Program-made: the position numbers and the translations under genes | The notes under the pieces: generated by a model | Seen by the model: the letters and a program-made list of their open reading frames with translations, nothing else | The model's database searches: none | What the model was told of the DNA's origin: nothing | NCBI GenBank assembly: GCA_965116475.1 | Contig: OZ220691.1 | Span: 704,001-768,000, forward strand | Length of the DNA stretch: 64,000 bases | DNA from: Gemmatimonadota bacterium | GTDB lineage: Bacteria; Gemmatimonadota; Gemmatimonadetes; Palauibacterales; Palauibacteraceae | Reading direction: 5' to 3' | Part shown: in pieces, positions 1-9,084 of the stretch | How positions within the stretch are numbered: position 1 is the stretch's first letter | How the letters are laid out: every line of letters starts with the position of its first letter

Positions 1-9
1 AACGGCGGG

Positions 10-507
10 TCAGAACCCGGAGGGGAGCGGCACGCCGAGCGCCACCATGAACACGAGGTAGATGAAGGCGGCGAAGAGGAGCGGCACGGAGATGAGCACG
101 AGCCGCGAGCGCTCGCCCGTCAGCCACATCAGCCCGGCCACGAGGAGCGGAACCGACACGACGGTCCCAAGCCGGGGCCAGATGAGGAGGAAGACGGCGA
201 TCCACGCCGCGCCCAGCCCGAGGCGCGCACCGCGGCCGGCTCCCGGGCTCCCGGCGACGTTCCCGCGGGAACGTCCGGCGTCCGACTCGTGCGGCTGTCG
301 CGCGGCCCGGATCGCGAGCCAGGCCGCGCACACCATGAGCAGCACGGCGAGCAGCCGGGGGAAGAAGGCCGGGCCCGGCGCCCCCTCCGCCAGCGATCCC
401 GGGTAGGAGCGCGAGTCCAGCAGGACCCCAGCCGCCACGACGGCGAGCAACCCGGCCTCCGCGAGCAGGCGCAGACGCACGGCCCCGCCCGCCGAGGGAC
501 TACTCAT
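10..507 (-). CDS. tctB: Tripartite tricarboxylate transporter small membrane subunit TctB
   Basis: 4-5 hydrophobic segments, GPAFFP motif, ends LGVPLP; directly downstream of tctC. Confidence 0.85.
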   Translation of the reverse strand: MSSPSAGGAVRLRLLAEAGLLAVVAAGVLLDSRSYPGSLAEGAPGPAFFPRLLAVLLMVCAAWLAIRAARQPHESDAGRSRGNVAGSPGAGRGARLGLGAAWIAVFLLIWPRLGTVVSVPLLVAGLMWLTGERSRLVLISVPLLFAAFIYLVFMVALGVPLPSGF

Positions 508-1507
508 CCAGGATTCCCAGCCGCCGCAGCATGTCCCGGCTCGTCGCCACCTCCTCGGCCATCCAGACGCCGAACGCGTCCGCGTCCGCCATCGTCGCGT
601 ATTCCAGCGCGGCCCGCTCCATGTATTCGCGGAACCCCGGGTCCTCGATCGCGGCCATCAGCCGCGCCCGCAGCTCCGCGCGGATTTCCGGATCCAGCCC
701 CGGCGGTCCCACGACTCCGCGCCAGTGGACCGGAGCCAGATCGTACCCCTGCTCCGCGTAGCCCGGCGTGTCCGGGAGCGCCTCGACGGGGAGCGCCACG
801 CCCAGCACCCGCATCGTCCCCGCCCGCAGGTGCTCGCGCACGATGTTGTAGTTCGTGTGCGCCGCGTCCGTGTGCCCGCCGAGCGCCGCCACCACCGCGT
901 CGGCCGACCCCTCGTACGCGATCCAGCGCACGTCCGGGTCCCCCGCCGCGGCCCTCAGGCGGGCGAAGCCGAGAAAGTGGGCCGACGCCGCCCCGAACCC
1001 CGACACCGAGACCTCGCCCGGCCGGGCGTGCGCCGCCTCGAACAGGTCGCCCAGCGTGTGGAAGGGGCTGTCGTCCCGCACCGCGATCAGGAAGGGGTCG
1101 ATCTGGATGCGGAGGATGGGGGTGAAGTCCCCGGGAGAGAACGGGATCCGCCCGGTCGCCATGTTCACGGTGCCGCTCGCCGTGAAGACGCCGAGCACGT
1201 GGGGGTCGCCTTCCCGGCCCTGCAGGTACTGCATGCCGGCGGCGCCCGCCCCGCCCTGCCGGGTCATCACGTTGACGCGCCGCCCCTCGAAGTGCGGCGG
1301 CGCGGCGTCGGCGAGGGCCCGCGAGAGGAGGTCCGTCGGTCCGCCCGGCGTCGCCCACGAGACGATCTCGATGGACCGGCTCGGAAACGCCGCCCCCTCC
1401 CCGGAAGGCGAACAACCGGCCGCGGCGACCGACACCACGACCAGACCCGCTGCGGCCGCCGCGAGTCGACGTCCGGATGATGGAGCAGACCATCTTCGGG
1501 CATTCAT
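500..1507 (-). CDS. tctC: Tripartite tricarboxylate transporter substrate-binding protein (TctC/Bug), lipoprotein
   Basis: FPSRSIEIVSWATPGGPTDLLSR, YEGSADAVVAALGGH and WRGVVGPPGL match Bug/TctC motifs; lipobox AAGC; start placed at ATG 1507. Confidence 0.9.
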   Translation of the reverse strand: MNARRWSAPSSGRRLAAAAAGLVVVSVAAAGCSPSGEGAAFPSRSIEIVSWATPGGPTDLLSRALADAAPPHFEGRRVNVMTRQGGAGAAGMQYLQGREGDPHVLGVFTASGTVNMATGRIPFSPGDFTPILRIQIDPFLIAVRDDSPFHTLGDLFEAAHARPGEVSVSGFGAASAHFLGFARLRAAAGDPDVRWIAYEGSADAVVAALGGHTDAAHTNYNIVREHLRAGTMRVLGVALPVEALPDTPGYAEQGYDLAPVHWRGVVGPPGLDPEIRAELRARLMAAIEDPGFREYMERAALEYATMADADAFGVWMAEEVATSRDMLRRLGILDE

Positions 1508-1569
1508 GGGAGGAAATGTGACGCCTTCGTCTGAGACAGGCCACCGAGACAGGCCGCAGGGGCCACGGG

Positions 1570-1902
1570 GCGGCCGGAGGGCACGGCATTGCCCGTCGAA
1601 TCGACGGGTTCGATTACATCGCTTCATCGAATCTCCTGGAGGCCGAGCTGCGATCCGCCTGCGCAAGGGAGGGCCGGCCCGTCCCGGAGCACCTTGTATC
1701 GGCCTTCCGCTGGGTACAGCCGACCCGGCCCCTGTCGACCGAACTGCGATCCGTGCTGCGGGCGGGGTACCTGAGAGGCGTGGATCTCTGGCATGTCGCC
1801 TGTGCCCTGTACGTGGTGGGGGAGGCGGAGGATGTGACGTTCATCACGCTTGATCAGCGCCAGACAGAGGTCGTGGCGGCCCTGGGGTTTCGGCTCGACT
1901 AG
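1570..1902 (+). pseudogene. N-terminally truncated PIN-domain (VapC-like) toxin
   Basis: Not in the ORF track. Frame from 1588 reads IARRIDGFDYIASSNLLEAELRSACAREG...LRAGYLRGVDLWHVACALYVVGEAEDVTFITLDQRQTEVVAALGFRLD*, a typical PIN C-terminus. No start codon, no N-terminal acidic motif, no antitoxin. Confidence 0.75.
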
Positions 1903-1970
1903 CCCAGCGCCATCCAGACCGGCGCCGCGCGGGCTGGTGGCGGCGGGCGGGCGTTCGGTAGACTCCCCGC

Positions 1971-2861
1971 ATGAGCGAACCCGGAAGCGAAGCCGCAACG
2001 CCCACTACGGTCCCGATGGCGGTCCCGATGCCGACCGCCAGGACGGGGGCCGGCTGGCGGCGCGACGTGTGGCCGGGGGTCCACTGGATCCAGGAGTGCG
2101 GCGGGCACCGGGCCGGAATCGCGCGCGCGGTGCTGGAGAGCGGCGCGGACTGGTACAGGCCCGGGAACGAGCTTCACATCCCGCAGAACGCGTACCTCCT
2201 GACCGGCGAGCGGACGCTGCTCTGGGACACCCTCTCTCCGGCCTCGGGCCACATCCTTCTCCCGGCGCTCGAGGCACTGCTCGGCGATCGGCCGCTCGAC
2301 TACCTCGCGCTCTCGCATCCCGACGTACCGCACGCGGGGAATACGATGCAGGTGCTGCGGCGCTATCCAGCCTGCCGGCTCGTGGCGCCGGCGACCGGCG
2401 AGACGCACGCGCTGTATCACCTCGACGATGCGATGAAGGTGGGGCCCGCGGCCGAGATCGATCTCGGCGGGCTCCGGGTCCGCTTCCCGGAAGCGACGTT
2501 TCTCGACGCCGCGATCCACACGTGGATGAGCGAGGAGACGACCCGCACGCTCTTCACGGTCGACTGGATGGGATTCCCCCACCAGACCGGCGAGTGCCTG
2601 CGGCGCACGGACGAGATCGACACGGCGGTGGACGTGGGGCGCCTCGAGGAGTTCCACAGCCGGGTCATGTTCTGGTTCCAGTACGTGGTTCCCGAGAAGG
2701 TGACGGCGGCGACGGACGCGCTCGCGGTGCAGTTCGCCGGCTACGGGTTCGCGCCCGCGCACGGACTCCCGATCCCCGGGGAGGACGCGGCCCCGTACTA
2801 CGAGCGCCTGAACGAAGTCGTGCGGCGGGTGGCGGCGGGCGGACGCGGGGGCGTCCTGTGA
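1971..2861 (+). CDS. Metallo-beta-lactamase-fold protein (FprA/ODP-like di-metal domain)
   Basis: NAYLLTGERTLLWDT, SHPDVPHAG, LFTVD, FAPAHG; true start may be ATG 2016 or 2028. Confidence 0.8.
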   Translation: MSEPGSEAATPTTVPMAVPMPTARTGAGWRRDVWPGVHWIQECGGHRAGIARAVLESGADWYRPGNELHIPQNAYLLTGERTLLWDTLSPASGHILLPALEALLGDRPLDYLALSHPDVPHAGNTMQVLRRYPACRLVAPATGETHALYHLDDAMKVGPAAEIDLGGLRVRFPEATFLDAAIHTWMSEETTRTLFTVDWMGFPHQTGECLRRTDEIDTAVDVGRLEEFHSRVMFWFQYVVPEKVTAATDALAVQFAGYGFAPAHGLPIPGEDAAPYYERLNEVVRRVAAGGRGGVL

Positions 2862-2891
2862 GCCGGAGCATCCTGTGAGCCGGGGCGTCCC

Positions 2892-3632
2892 GTGAGCGCG
2901 ATCACCCTGGGCGGCGGGGTCTCCTGGGTCCACGAGTGCTTCCCGGAAACCGACGGCCACATCCACGTCTCCGTCTACCTGGTCGAGGCGCCGGAAGGGG
3001 CGATCCTCATGGACTCCGGCTCCTTTCACCACCGGCAGCGCCTCTCCGACCGGATCGGCGACGCCACCGCGGGACGGGGCGTCGGCGCCATCATCCTCTC
3101 ACACTCCGACTACCCTCACTCCGGGAACATTCCCGCTTTCCGCGGGGACTGGGGCGACTTCGAGATCGTCGCCTCCTGCGGGGACCCGGATCTCCAGGGC
3201 CTCCCGTACGCGCGCCGCACCAGGATCGGGGATGTGACCGATGTCCTCGGCCGGCGGTTCGTGGTGCTGGATCCCCCGCTCGCCGACCGCAACCACACCA
3301 CGTGGGTGTACGACGAAGCCTCGCGCACCCTGTTCGTGGCGGACGGCTTCGGGACGCTCCACGCCCCCGGCGCGTGCGACATCGACTGGGGCCGAATCCC
3401 GGAGGACGGACGCGCGGAGGGCGTGCATGAATTCCATGCACAGACGCTGCCCTGGCTGCGCTATGCGGACCCGAACCGGGTCATGGACGCGCTGCACGCG
3501 ATGCTGGAGCGGCATCCCCCGGCCTGGATCGCCCCGATCCACGGCCCGCCGATCGCCGAGGTGGACGTGGACCGCTACATGGCCGACCTGAGCGACGCCC
3601 TGACCCGCATCGCCGAACGGCACCACCGTTGA
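2892..3632 (+). CDS. Metallo-beta-lactamase-fold protein, paralogue of the upstream gene
   Basis: VYLV...ILMDSG, SHSDYPHSG, LFVADGFG, IAPIHG. Confidence 0.8.
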   Translation: MSAITLGGGVSWVHECFPETDGHIHVSVYLVEAPEGAILMDSGSFHHRQRLSDRIGDATAGRGVGAIILSHSDYPHSGNIPAFRGDWGDFEIVASCGDPDLQGLPYARRTRIGDVTDVLGRRFVVLDPPLADRNHTTWVYDEASRTLFVADGFGTLHAPGACDIDWGRIPEDGRAEGVHEFHAQTLPWLRYADPNRVMDALHAMLERHPPAWIAPIHGPPIAEVDVDRYMADLSDALTRIAERHHR

Positions 3633-3722
3633 CGACGCTCCCCGGACGACCGCGCGGATCCGGGACGCTCCAATCGCTCCTGGAGCTTCTTCCGGCGGGT
3701 CAAGATTCACCCAGACCGCCTC

Positions 3723-4367
3723 TCAGCGGTCGATCAACTTTTCGAGGTCGCCATCGGAGGCGGCGCCGACGTGCCTGGCGCTGCCTGACACGAAGGTCGG
3801 GGTGGCGGTGATCCGCCAGCGGTCGGCGAGCGCGGCGTCGCGGGCGAGGCGCTCGGTCGTCGCGGCCGAGTTCAGGCAGAGGGCGAAGGGCGTTCCCGCG
3901 GGAACGTCCGCCGCCACCGCGACCGACTCCCAGTCCACGTCTCCGGTCTCCCAGTCATCGTTCGTCATCAGGTAGTCGTGCATGCGCGGGAACGTTCCGT
4001 GCTTCTCGGCGCAGATCGCGGCGCGTGCCGCCTGGGCGGAGCGCTCCGAGAGGGGCACGTGTACGAGCACCACGCGGACTTCGCCCGAGGCGACCCACCC
4101 GTTTACTGTCTCGTGCGACGAACGGCAGAAGGGACACAGGTAGTCGCTGAACTCGAAGATCGTCTGCGGGGCAGCCCCGCTGCCGAGCGCACTTCGCCGA
4201 GCCGCGGCGGCCTGTCTCCATTCCTCGCGATACAGCGCGAGCACCTGCCGCTCGGCCTTCCACTCCCGCAGGCGGCCGCCGACGACCCCCGATGGGCGGA
4301 AGGCGATCACCGCCAGGAGGATGCAGCACACGGCGAGACCGATGTCCTGGATCCCGGGGCGCTTCAT
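3723..4367 (-). CDS. Membrane-anchored DsbA-family thioredoxin-fold protein
   Basis: EFSDYLCPFC active site, cis-Pro loop ITATPTF, N-terminal TM; ATGA overlap with the upstream propeller. Confidence 0.88.
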   Translation of the reverse strand: MKRPGIQDIGLAVCCILLAVIAFRPSGVVGGRLREWKAERQVLALYREEWRQAAAARRSALGSGAAPQTIFEFSDYLCPFCRSSHETVNGWVASGEVRVVLVHVPLSERSAQAARAAICAEKHGTFPRMHDYLMTNDDWETGDVDWESVAVAADVPAGTPFALCLNSAATTERLARDAALADRWRITATPTFVSGSARHVGAASDGDLEKLIDR

Positions 4368-5668
4368 GTCCCCGGCGCCCTCGCGCCCGCGGGCAGCGGG
4401 ACGATCAGGACGTGTTCGACATCGAATTCGTCCCGTACCACCCCCACCGCCTCCGTGTCGTCGGCCCACAGCAGGTCGAAGCCGCCGGGGAACCCGACGT
4501 TCACGGCGGGGCTTCCCGGCCCGGCGTACACGCTCCAGACCGAGACGTCGTCTTCACCGCGCGCGGCGTCCGGTCGCGGCCGGTAGCCCGTCACCCAGAC
4601 GCGCCCGTCGGCGCCCGCAGTCACGGACCCCAGGGGCGGGAAGGAGTCGGGAAACGCCCACACATCGAGCGTGGCCGCGACACGGTCCCGCATCCCCGGC
4701 GGCAGAAGGCGGTTCATCTCGGCGCGGATGGGGACGAGCGCCATCTCCCGGTCGTCCGCGGTCACGGGCATCGATGGGAGGGAGAACTCGACCGGAGCCA
4801 GCGGGGTGCCGCCGGGCGTCACCCGCTCCGCGCGCGGACGTGCCGTGGACCCGAAGAGGACCACCGAATCGCGCGGCAGTACGAACGGCTGAGGCGAGAA
4901 CGGAATGCGGCCCGAGATGTACGAGTCTCCGGGATAGTTGAAGACCCGGATGCCCGTGGTCTCGGCGATGGGGTCGAAGCCCGTGCCGTCGGCCGATGTC
5001 AGGAAGATGACGATCTGCAGGGGATGAGACTCGCCCATCTCGTCGACGGCCCGGTCGGGCCTCGGCACCGCCCACACCAGCCGACCGTCGTTCAGGGCGC
5101 CCCGCAGCCGCGGGGATTGCAGGGTGTCCCCCGGAGGGATCGCGACCCCGACGCGTCGCACATTTCCGCCGGTGTACGGCCAGATGGACGCGCCTCCCCC
5201 CGCCCCGTCGTATACGAGCACGGAATCGCCGCGGTATTCGAAGAGCGCCGTCAGTTCCCCGAGTTCACGCGGACCGCCGCCCACGCCGCCCCGCGTGTCG
5301 CGCCACGCCCCATCGAGCGTGAACGTGCGCAGCGTGGCGTCGCCGCGGTTCGCCACCACCAGCACACCGGCCGACCGGTCCACGATGACGCCGGCGATGT
5401 CATGGAAATCCGTCTGCCCATCCCCGGACGCCCCGGACGCGCTCCCGAGCCGCAGGCGGGGCGACCCCGCGCGAAGATGCGCGGGGCCCGCTCCGAGGTC
5501 CGTTCCGACATCCGTTCCGACATCCGTTCCGAGGTCCGCTCCCGGTTCCGCCGAAGCGACCGTATCGGTACGGCTGTCCCCCTCCAGGCATGCGGCAGCC
5601 ACCATCGCCGCCGCGAATGTCGTCCAGTGCCGGGGCCGCATGCGGCCCCCCGTCGTCTTGAGCCTCAT
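4364..5668 (-). CDS. 6-bladed beta-propeller lipoprotein
   Basis: Lipobox AAAC, GGVGGGPRE motif shared with the other propellers, C-terminal VGVVRDEFDVEHV strand. Confidence 0.75.
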   Translation of the reverse strand: MRLKTTGGRMRPRHWTTFAAAMVAAACLEGDSRTDTVASAEPGADLGTDVGTDVGTDLGAGPAHLRAGSPRLRLGSASGASGDGQTDFHDIAGVIVDRSAGVLVVANRGDATLRTFTLDGAWRDTRGGVGGGPRELGELTALFEYRGDSVLVYDGAGGGASIWPYTGGNVRRVGVAIPPGDTLQSPRLRGALNDGRLVWAVPRPDRAVDEMGESHPLQIVIFLTSADGTGFDPIAETTGIRVFNYPGDSYISGRIPFSPQPFVLPRDSVVLFGSTARPRAERVTPGGTPLAPVEFSLPSMPVTADDREMALVPIRAEMNRLLPPGMRDRVAATLDVWAFPDSFPPLGSVTAGADGRVWVTGYRPRPDAARGEDDVSVWSVYAGPGSPAVNVGFPGGFDLLWADDTEAVGVVRDEFDVEHVLIVPLPAGARAPGT

Positions 5669-5684
5669 GTGATCACCATCACCG

Positions 5685-5957
5685 TTAGGGTAGATCGGGA
5701 TCGGAAGGAGGGCCCCAGATGGGAAAGAGGCATCCCCGCACGCACTCGTTGACCTCGTAGTTGCAGCCCCATTCACCGTCCAGGACGCAGTCCGCCCATC
5801 CCCGATAACAGTCGCTCACGCAGTCGCCACCGCCGCGCGCGGACGCGGCCCGGCCGGGTTGCGCCAGGATGGCCGTGGCCAGCACGAGGTTGAAACCAAG
5901 GAGTACCCAGCGTCCCGCTTTCGTTCCCGCTCTCGGTCCCGCTTTCGTCGTCTTCAT
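5685..5957 (-). CDS. Small secreted Cys-rich peptide (90 aa, 6 Cys)
   Basis: Strong RBS (GAGGGAGGGG), signal-like N-terminus ending PGRA, C-x3-C-x6-C-x7-C-x6-C-x3-C. Confidence 0.75.
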   Translation of the reverse strand: MKTTKAGPRAGTKAGRWVLLGFNLVLATAILAQPGRAASARGGGDCVSDCYRGWADCVLDGEWGCNYEVNECVRGCLFPIWGPPSDPDLP

Positions 5958-6238
5958 CGTCCCCTCCCTCTCCCGGGTTGTCGGAAGGCCGGGTCGCGGC
6001 CGCCAAGATCGTCGGCGCGCCCGTCGCGACCCTCCGGGACGGACCCTCCGTCCCATGCCTTCCGAGATTCACCTCCAGAATCCCCCGGGCTATCAACGGG
6101 CTATCAACTCCCGCACGGCCGGCGGGCAACCGGGCGGACGCCGGACAGGCGGGCGCACGCCGGGCGGCACTCGCCTGCCCTTCGCACGCCACGTATCGTC
6201 GGAACCTCACGGAACCTCGGGACGACAGGAGGGCCTGG

Positions 6239-7099
6239 ATGGCGGATGTGCTTTGCATAGGCGGGACGGGGACCGTCGGGAGCCGGGTCGTCGAGGGCCT
6301 GGTGGCCCGCGGCGCATCGGTCCGTTGCCTGACGCGCTCGGCGGACGGCGCGCAGGCGTCGACGGAGGGAGTCGAATTCGTGCGAGGCGACCTGGAGCGG
6401 CCCGACACGCTCGCTCCGGCGCTCGAAGGCGTGTCGCGCCTGCACCTCCTCACCGCGCTCCACCCGCGGGAGGCGCAACTCGGGATCGGGGCGGTCGATG
6501 CGGCCGCGGAGGCCGGCGTCGAGCGGATCGTCTTCCATTCCGCGCACCGCGCGCACGCGGCGCCCCACATCCCCCACTTCGCGAGCAAGATGGAGATCCT
6601 CGCCGCGCTCGAGGCCTCCGGCGTCCCGTGGGCCACCATCGAACCGAACCACTATTTCCAGAACGACCTGTGGCTGCGGCGGTCGCTCGAAGCCGGGGTC
6701 TACCCCGCGCCGCTCGGGGGCGCGGGACTGCACCGGGTCGACGTCCGCGACATCGCCGACGCCACCGTGAACGCGCTCCTCGACGACGGCCACGAGGGGA
6801 TCCGGCATCCGGTGGTGGGACCCGAACTCCTGACGAGCGCGGATGTCGTCGGCACCTGGAGCGAGCACCTCGGCCGCGAGATCGAGTACGTGGGCGACGA
6901 CCTCGACGCGTGGGAGGCGCGCGCCGGTCGGCACCTGCCGGACTGGCTCGTGAGGGACCTGCGCGTCATGTCGGAGTATTTCCTCTCCGACGGGCTCATC
7001 GCGACGGAGGAGGACTTCGCGACGATGAGCCACGTGCTGGGCCACGCGCCGCGCGTGTTCGAGGACTTCGTGCGGGAGACGGTCGCGGCCTGGCGCTGA
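6239..7099 (+). CDS. NmrA-like / atypical SDR NAD(P)H-binding protein
   Basis: GGTGTVG Rossmann motif, HFASK, VDVRDIA; RBS AGGAGG before ATG 6239. Confidence 0.88.
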   Translation: MADVLCIGGTGTVGSRVVEGLVARGASVRCLTRSADGAQASTEGVEFVRGDLERPDTLAPALEGVSRLHLLTALHPREAQLGIGAVDAAAEAGVERIVFHSAHRAHAAPHIPHFASKMEILAALEASGVPWATIEPNHYFQNDLWLRRSLEAGVYPAPLGGAGLHRVDVRDIADATVNALLDDGHEGIRHPVVGPELLTSADVVGTWSEHLGREIEYVGDDLDAWEARAGRHLPDWLVRDLRVMSEYFLSDGLIATEEDFATMSHVLGHAPRVFEDFVRETVAAWR

Positions 7100-7111
7100 G
7101 GAGATCGACAC

Positions 7112-7705
7112 ATGTTCACGATATACATCTTCAGTCTTCTCGTGGGCGGCGGCTTCCTCGCCCTGTCCGTGTTCGGCGACTTCCTGGACGGCATGGACAT
7201 CAGCATGGATGTCGACGTGGACGTCGATGTGGATATCGACGCGGACCTGGACGCGGGGGGCGCGGCCGACGTGGCGAGACTTCTCTCGCTGCGGACGATC
7301 GTCTACGCCATGTTCGGATTCGGCGCGACCGGCGCCATCCTGCACTGGTTCACGAGTCCCGCGGTCACGGCCGCCATCGCCGGCGTCACGGGACTGGCCT
7401 CCGGGGCGTTCATCGGCGCCGCCTTCCGCTACATCAAGCGCTCGGGCGCCGGCACCGCGCTCGGCGAGCGTTCGCTGGCCGGGTTGACGGGCGAAGTCAC
7501 GATGGAAATAGCGTCGGACGGTGCGGGTACGGTGAAGGTGTCGCGCGGCGAGCGCCGGTTCAGCGTGCGGGCCCGCATGGATGCGACGTGCCCGGACGAC
7601 CTGCCGCTGCGCGCCGGACAGTCGGTCGTCGTCGTGCGCATGACGGACGGCATCGCGGACGTCGTGCCCGTGGATCCCGAAGATATGCAACTGCTCGAGG
7701 AATGA
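7112..7705 (+). CDS. NfeD-like (YqiJ/YuaF-type) membrane protein
   Basis: TM helices with acidic DVDVD linker, C-terminal OB-like LAGLTGEV...G.V.V, upstream of flotillin. Confidence 0.8.
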   Translation: MFTIYIFSLLVGGGFLALSVFGDFLDGMDISMDVDVDVDVDIDADLDAGGAADVARLLSLRTIVYAMFGFGATGAILHWFTSPAVTAAIAGVTGLASGAFIGAAFRYIKRSGAGTALGERSLAGLTGEVTMEIASDGAGTVKVSRGERRFSVRARMDATCPDDLPLRAGQSVVVVRMTDGIADVVPVDPEDMQLLEE

Positions 7706-7712
7706 GGTCGAA

Positions 7713-9038
7713 ATGCAAGACTTTCTGAATCTCCTGGCCGCCCCGGTCGTGATGGCGGGCGTCTTCTTCGTCGTCGTACTCGTGGCGATCATCACCATCA
7801 AGAACCTGATCGTGATCGTTCCCCCCAACCGCGCGGCCGTGATCACGGGCCGGAACCGCATGCTGACCGACGGGCAGGCCGTCGGCTACCGCTCCATCTC
7901 GGGCGGGCGCACGCTCCGGATCCCGATCATCGAGACCGTCCAGCACATGAACCTCGAGACGATCCCCATCGAGGTCTTCGTCAACAACGCCTTCTCGAAG
8001 GGAAACATCCCGCTCAGCGTGGAGGCGATCGCGAACGTGAAGATCGCATCGGAGCCCGAGTGGGTGTTCAACAACTCGGTGGAGCGCCTGCTGGGGAAGA
8101 CGGAGGAGGAGGTGCGGGAGCTGGCGCAGGACACCCTGACCGGGAACCTGCGGGGTGTGCTCGCCACGCTCACGCCGGAAGCCGTGAACGAGGACCGGCT
8201 GGGCTTCGCCAAGGCGCTGGCGGAGGACGCGGGGGAGGACCTCGCGTCGCTGGGCTTCCATCTCGACGTGCTCAAGATCCAGAACGTGAGCGACGAGCGC
8301 GGCTACCTCGACGCGATCGGGCGCGAGAAGTCGGCCGAGGCGATCCGGCAGGCGGAGATCGCCGAGGCGCAGGCGGAGGCCGACACGCGCGAGGCGCAGG
8401 CCGAGGCGAGGCGGCGCGCCGAGGTGCGGGAGGCCGCGGCCTCGATCAAGATCGCCGAGGCCCAGAACGAGTTGCGGGTGCGCAAGGCCGAACTGCACCG
8501 CGAGGGCGACACCGCCGAGAAGATCGCGCGCGTGAAGGCGCAGGAGGCCGAGGTCGAGGCCGAGAAGATCCTCGAGATGAAGCGCGTGGAGCGCGAGGAG
8601 CAGCGGCTGCGGGCGGACGTGATCGAGCCCGCCAAGGCCGAGAAGATGGCCGCGTTCGCGCGGGCCGAGGCCGAGGCGGCCCCGATCCTGGAGCGCGGAA
8701 AGGCCCAGGTCGAGGTCCTGAAGCGGCTCTACGCCGAGGTCCAGACCGGAGGCGAGGCCGCGTTCGCCGTGTTCATGGCCGAGAAGCTCCCCGAACTGCT
8801 CGAGATCGCCGTCGGCGCCGTGGAGGGCGTGGACATCGACCGCGTCGTCGTCATGGACGGTGGCCAGGGCAAGGGCGTATCCAACGCCCTCAACCAGCGC
8901 GTGCGCGGCGCCTACGGGACGATGGAGGGACTGGCGTCGGTGCTGGGCCTCGACATCCAGGAGGTCCTCCAGCGGGCGGTCGGTTCCGGAGACGCGGACG
9001 GCGGCGAGGGATCAGCCCCCGAGCTTCCCCCCGCCTAG
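7713..9038 (+). CDS. Flotillin / SPFH domain protein
   Basis: N-terminal TM, SPFH core (GGRTLRIPIIE, LTGNLRGVLATLTPE), AE-rich coiled coil. Confidence 0.92.
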   Translation: MQDFLNLLAAPVVMAGVFFVVVLVAIITIKNLIVIVPPNRAAVITGRNRMLTDGQAVGYRSISGGRTLRIPIIETVQHMNLETIPIEVFVNNAFSKGNIPLSVEAIANVKIASEPEWVFNNSVERLLGKTEEEVRELAQDTLTGNLRGVLATLTPEAVNEDRLGFAKALAEDAGEDLASLGFHLDVLKIQNVSDERGYLDAIGREKSAEAIRQAEIAEAQAEADTREAQAEARRRAEVREAAASIKIAEAQNELRVRKAELHREGDTAEKIARVKAQEAEVEAEKILEMKRVEREEQRLRADVIEPAKAEKMAAFARAEAEAAPILERGKAQVEVLKRLYAEVQTGGEAAFAVFMAEKLPELLEIAVGAVEGVDIDRVVVMDGGQGKGVSNALNQRVRGAYGTMEGLASVLGLDIQEVLQRAVGSGDADGGEGSAPELPPA

Positions 9039-9084
9039 CCCCGGAATCCTCACGAGGGGCGATCCGTGAGAGATGTCGAGCGCG

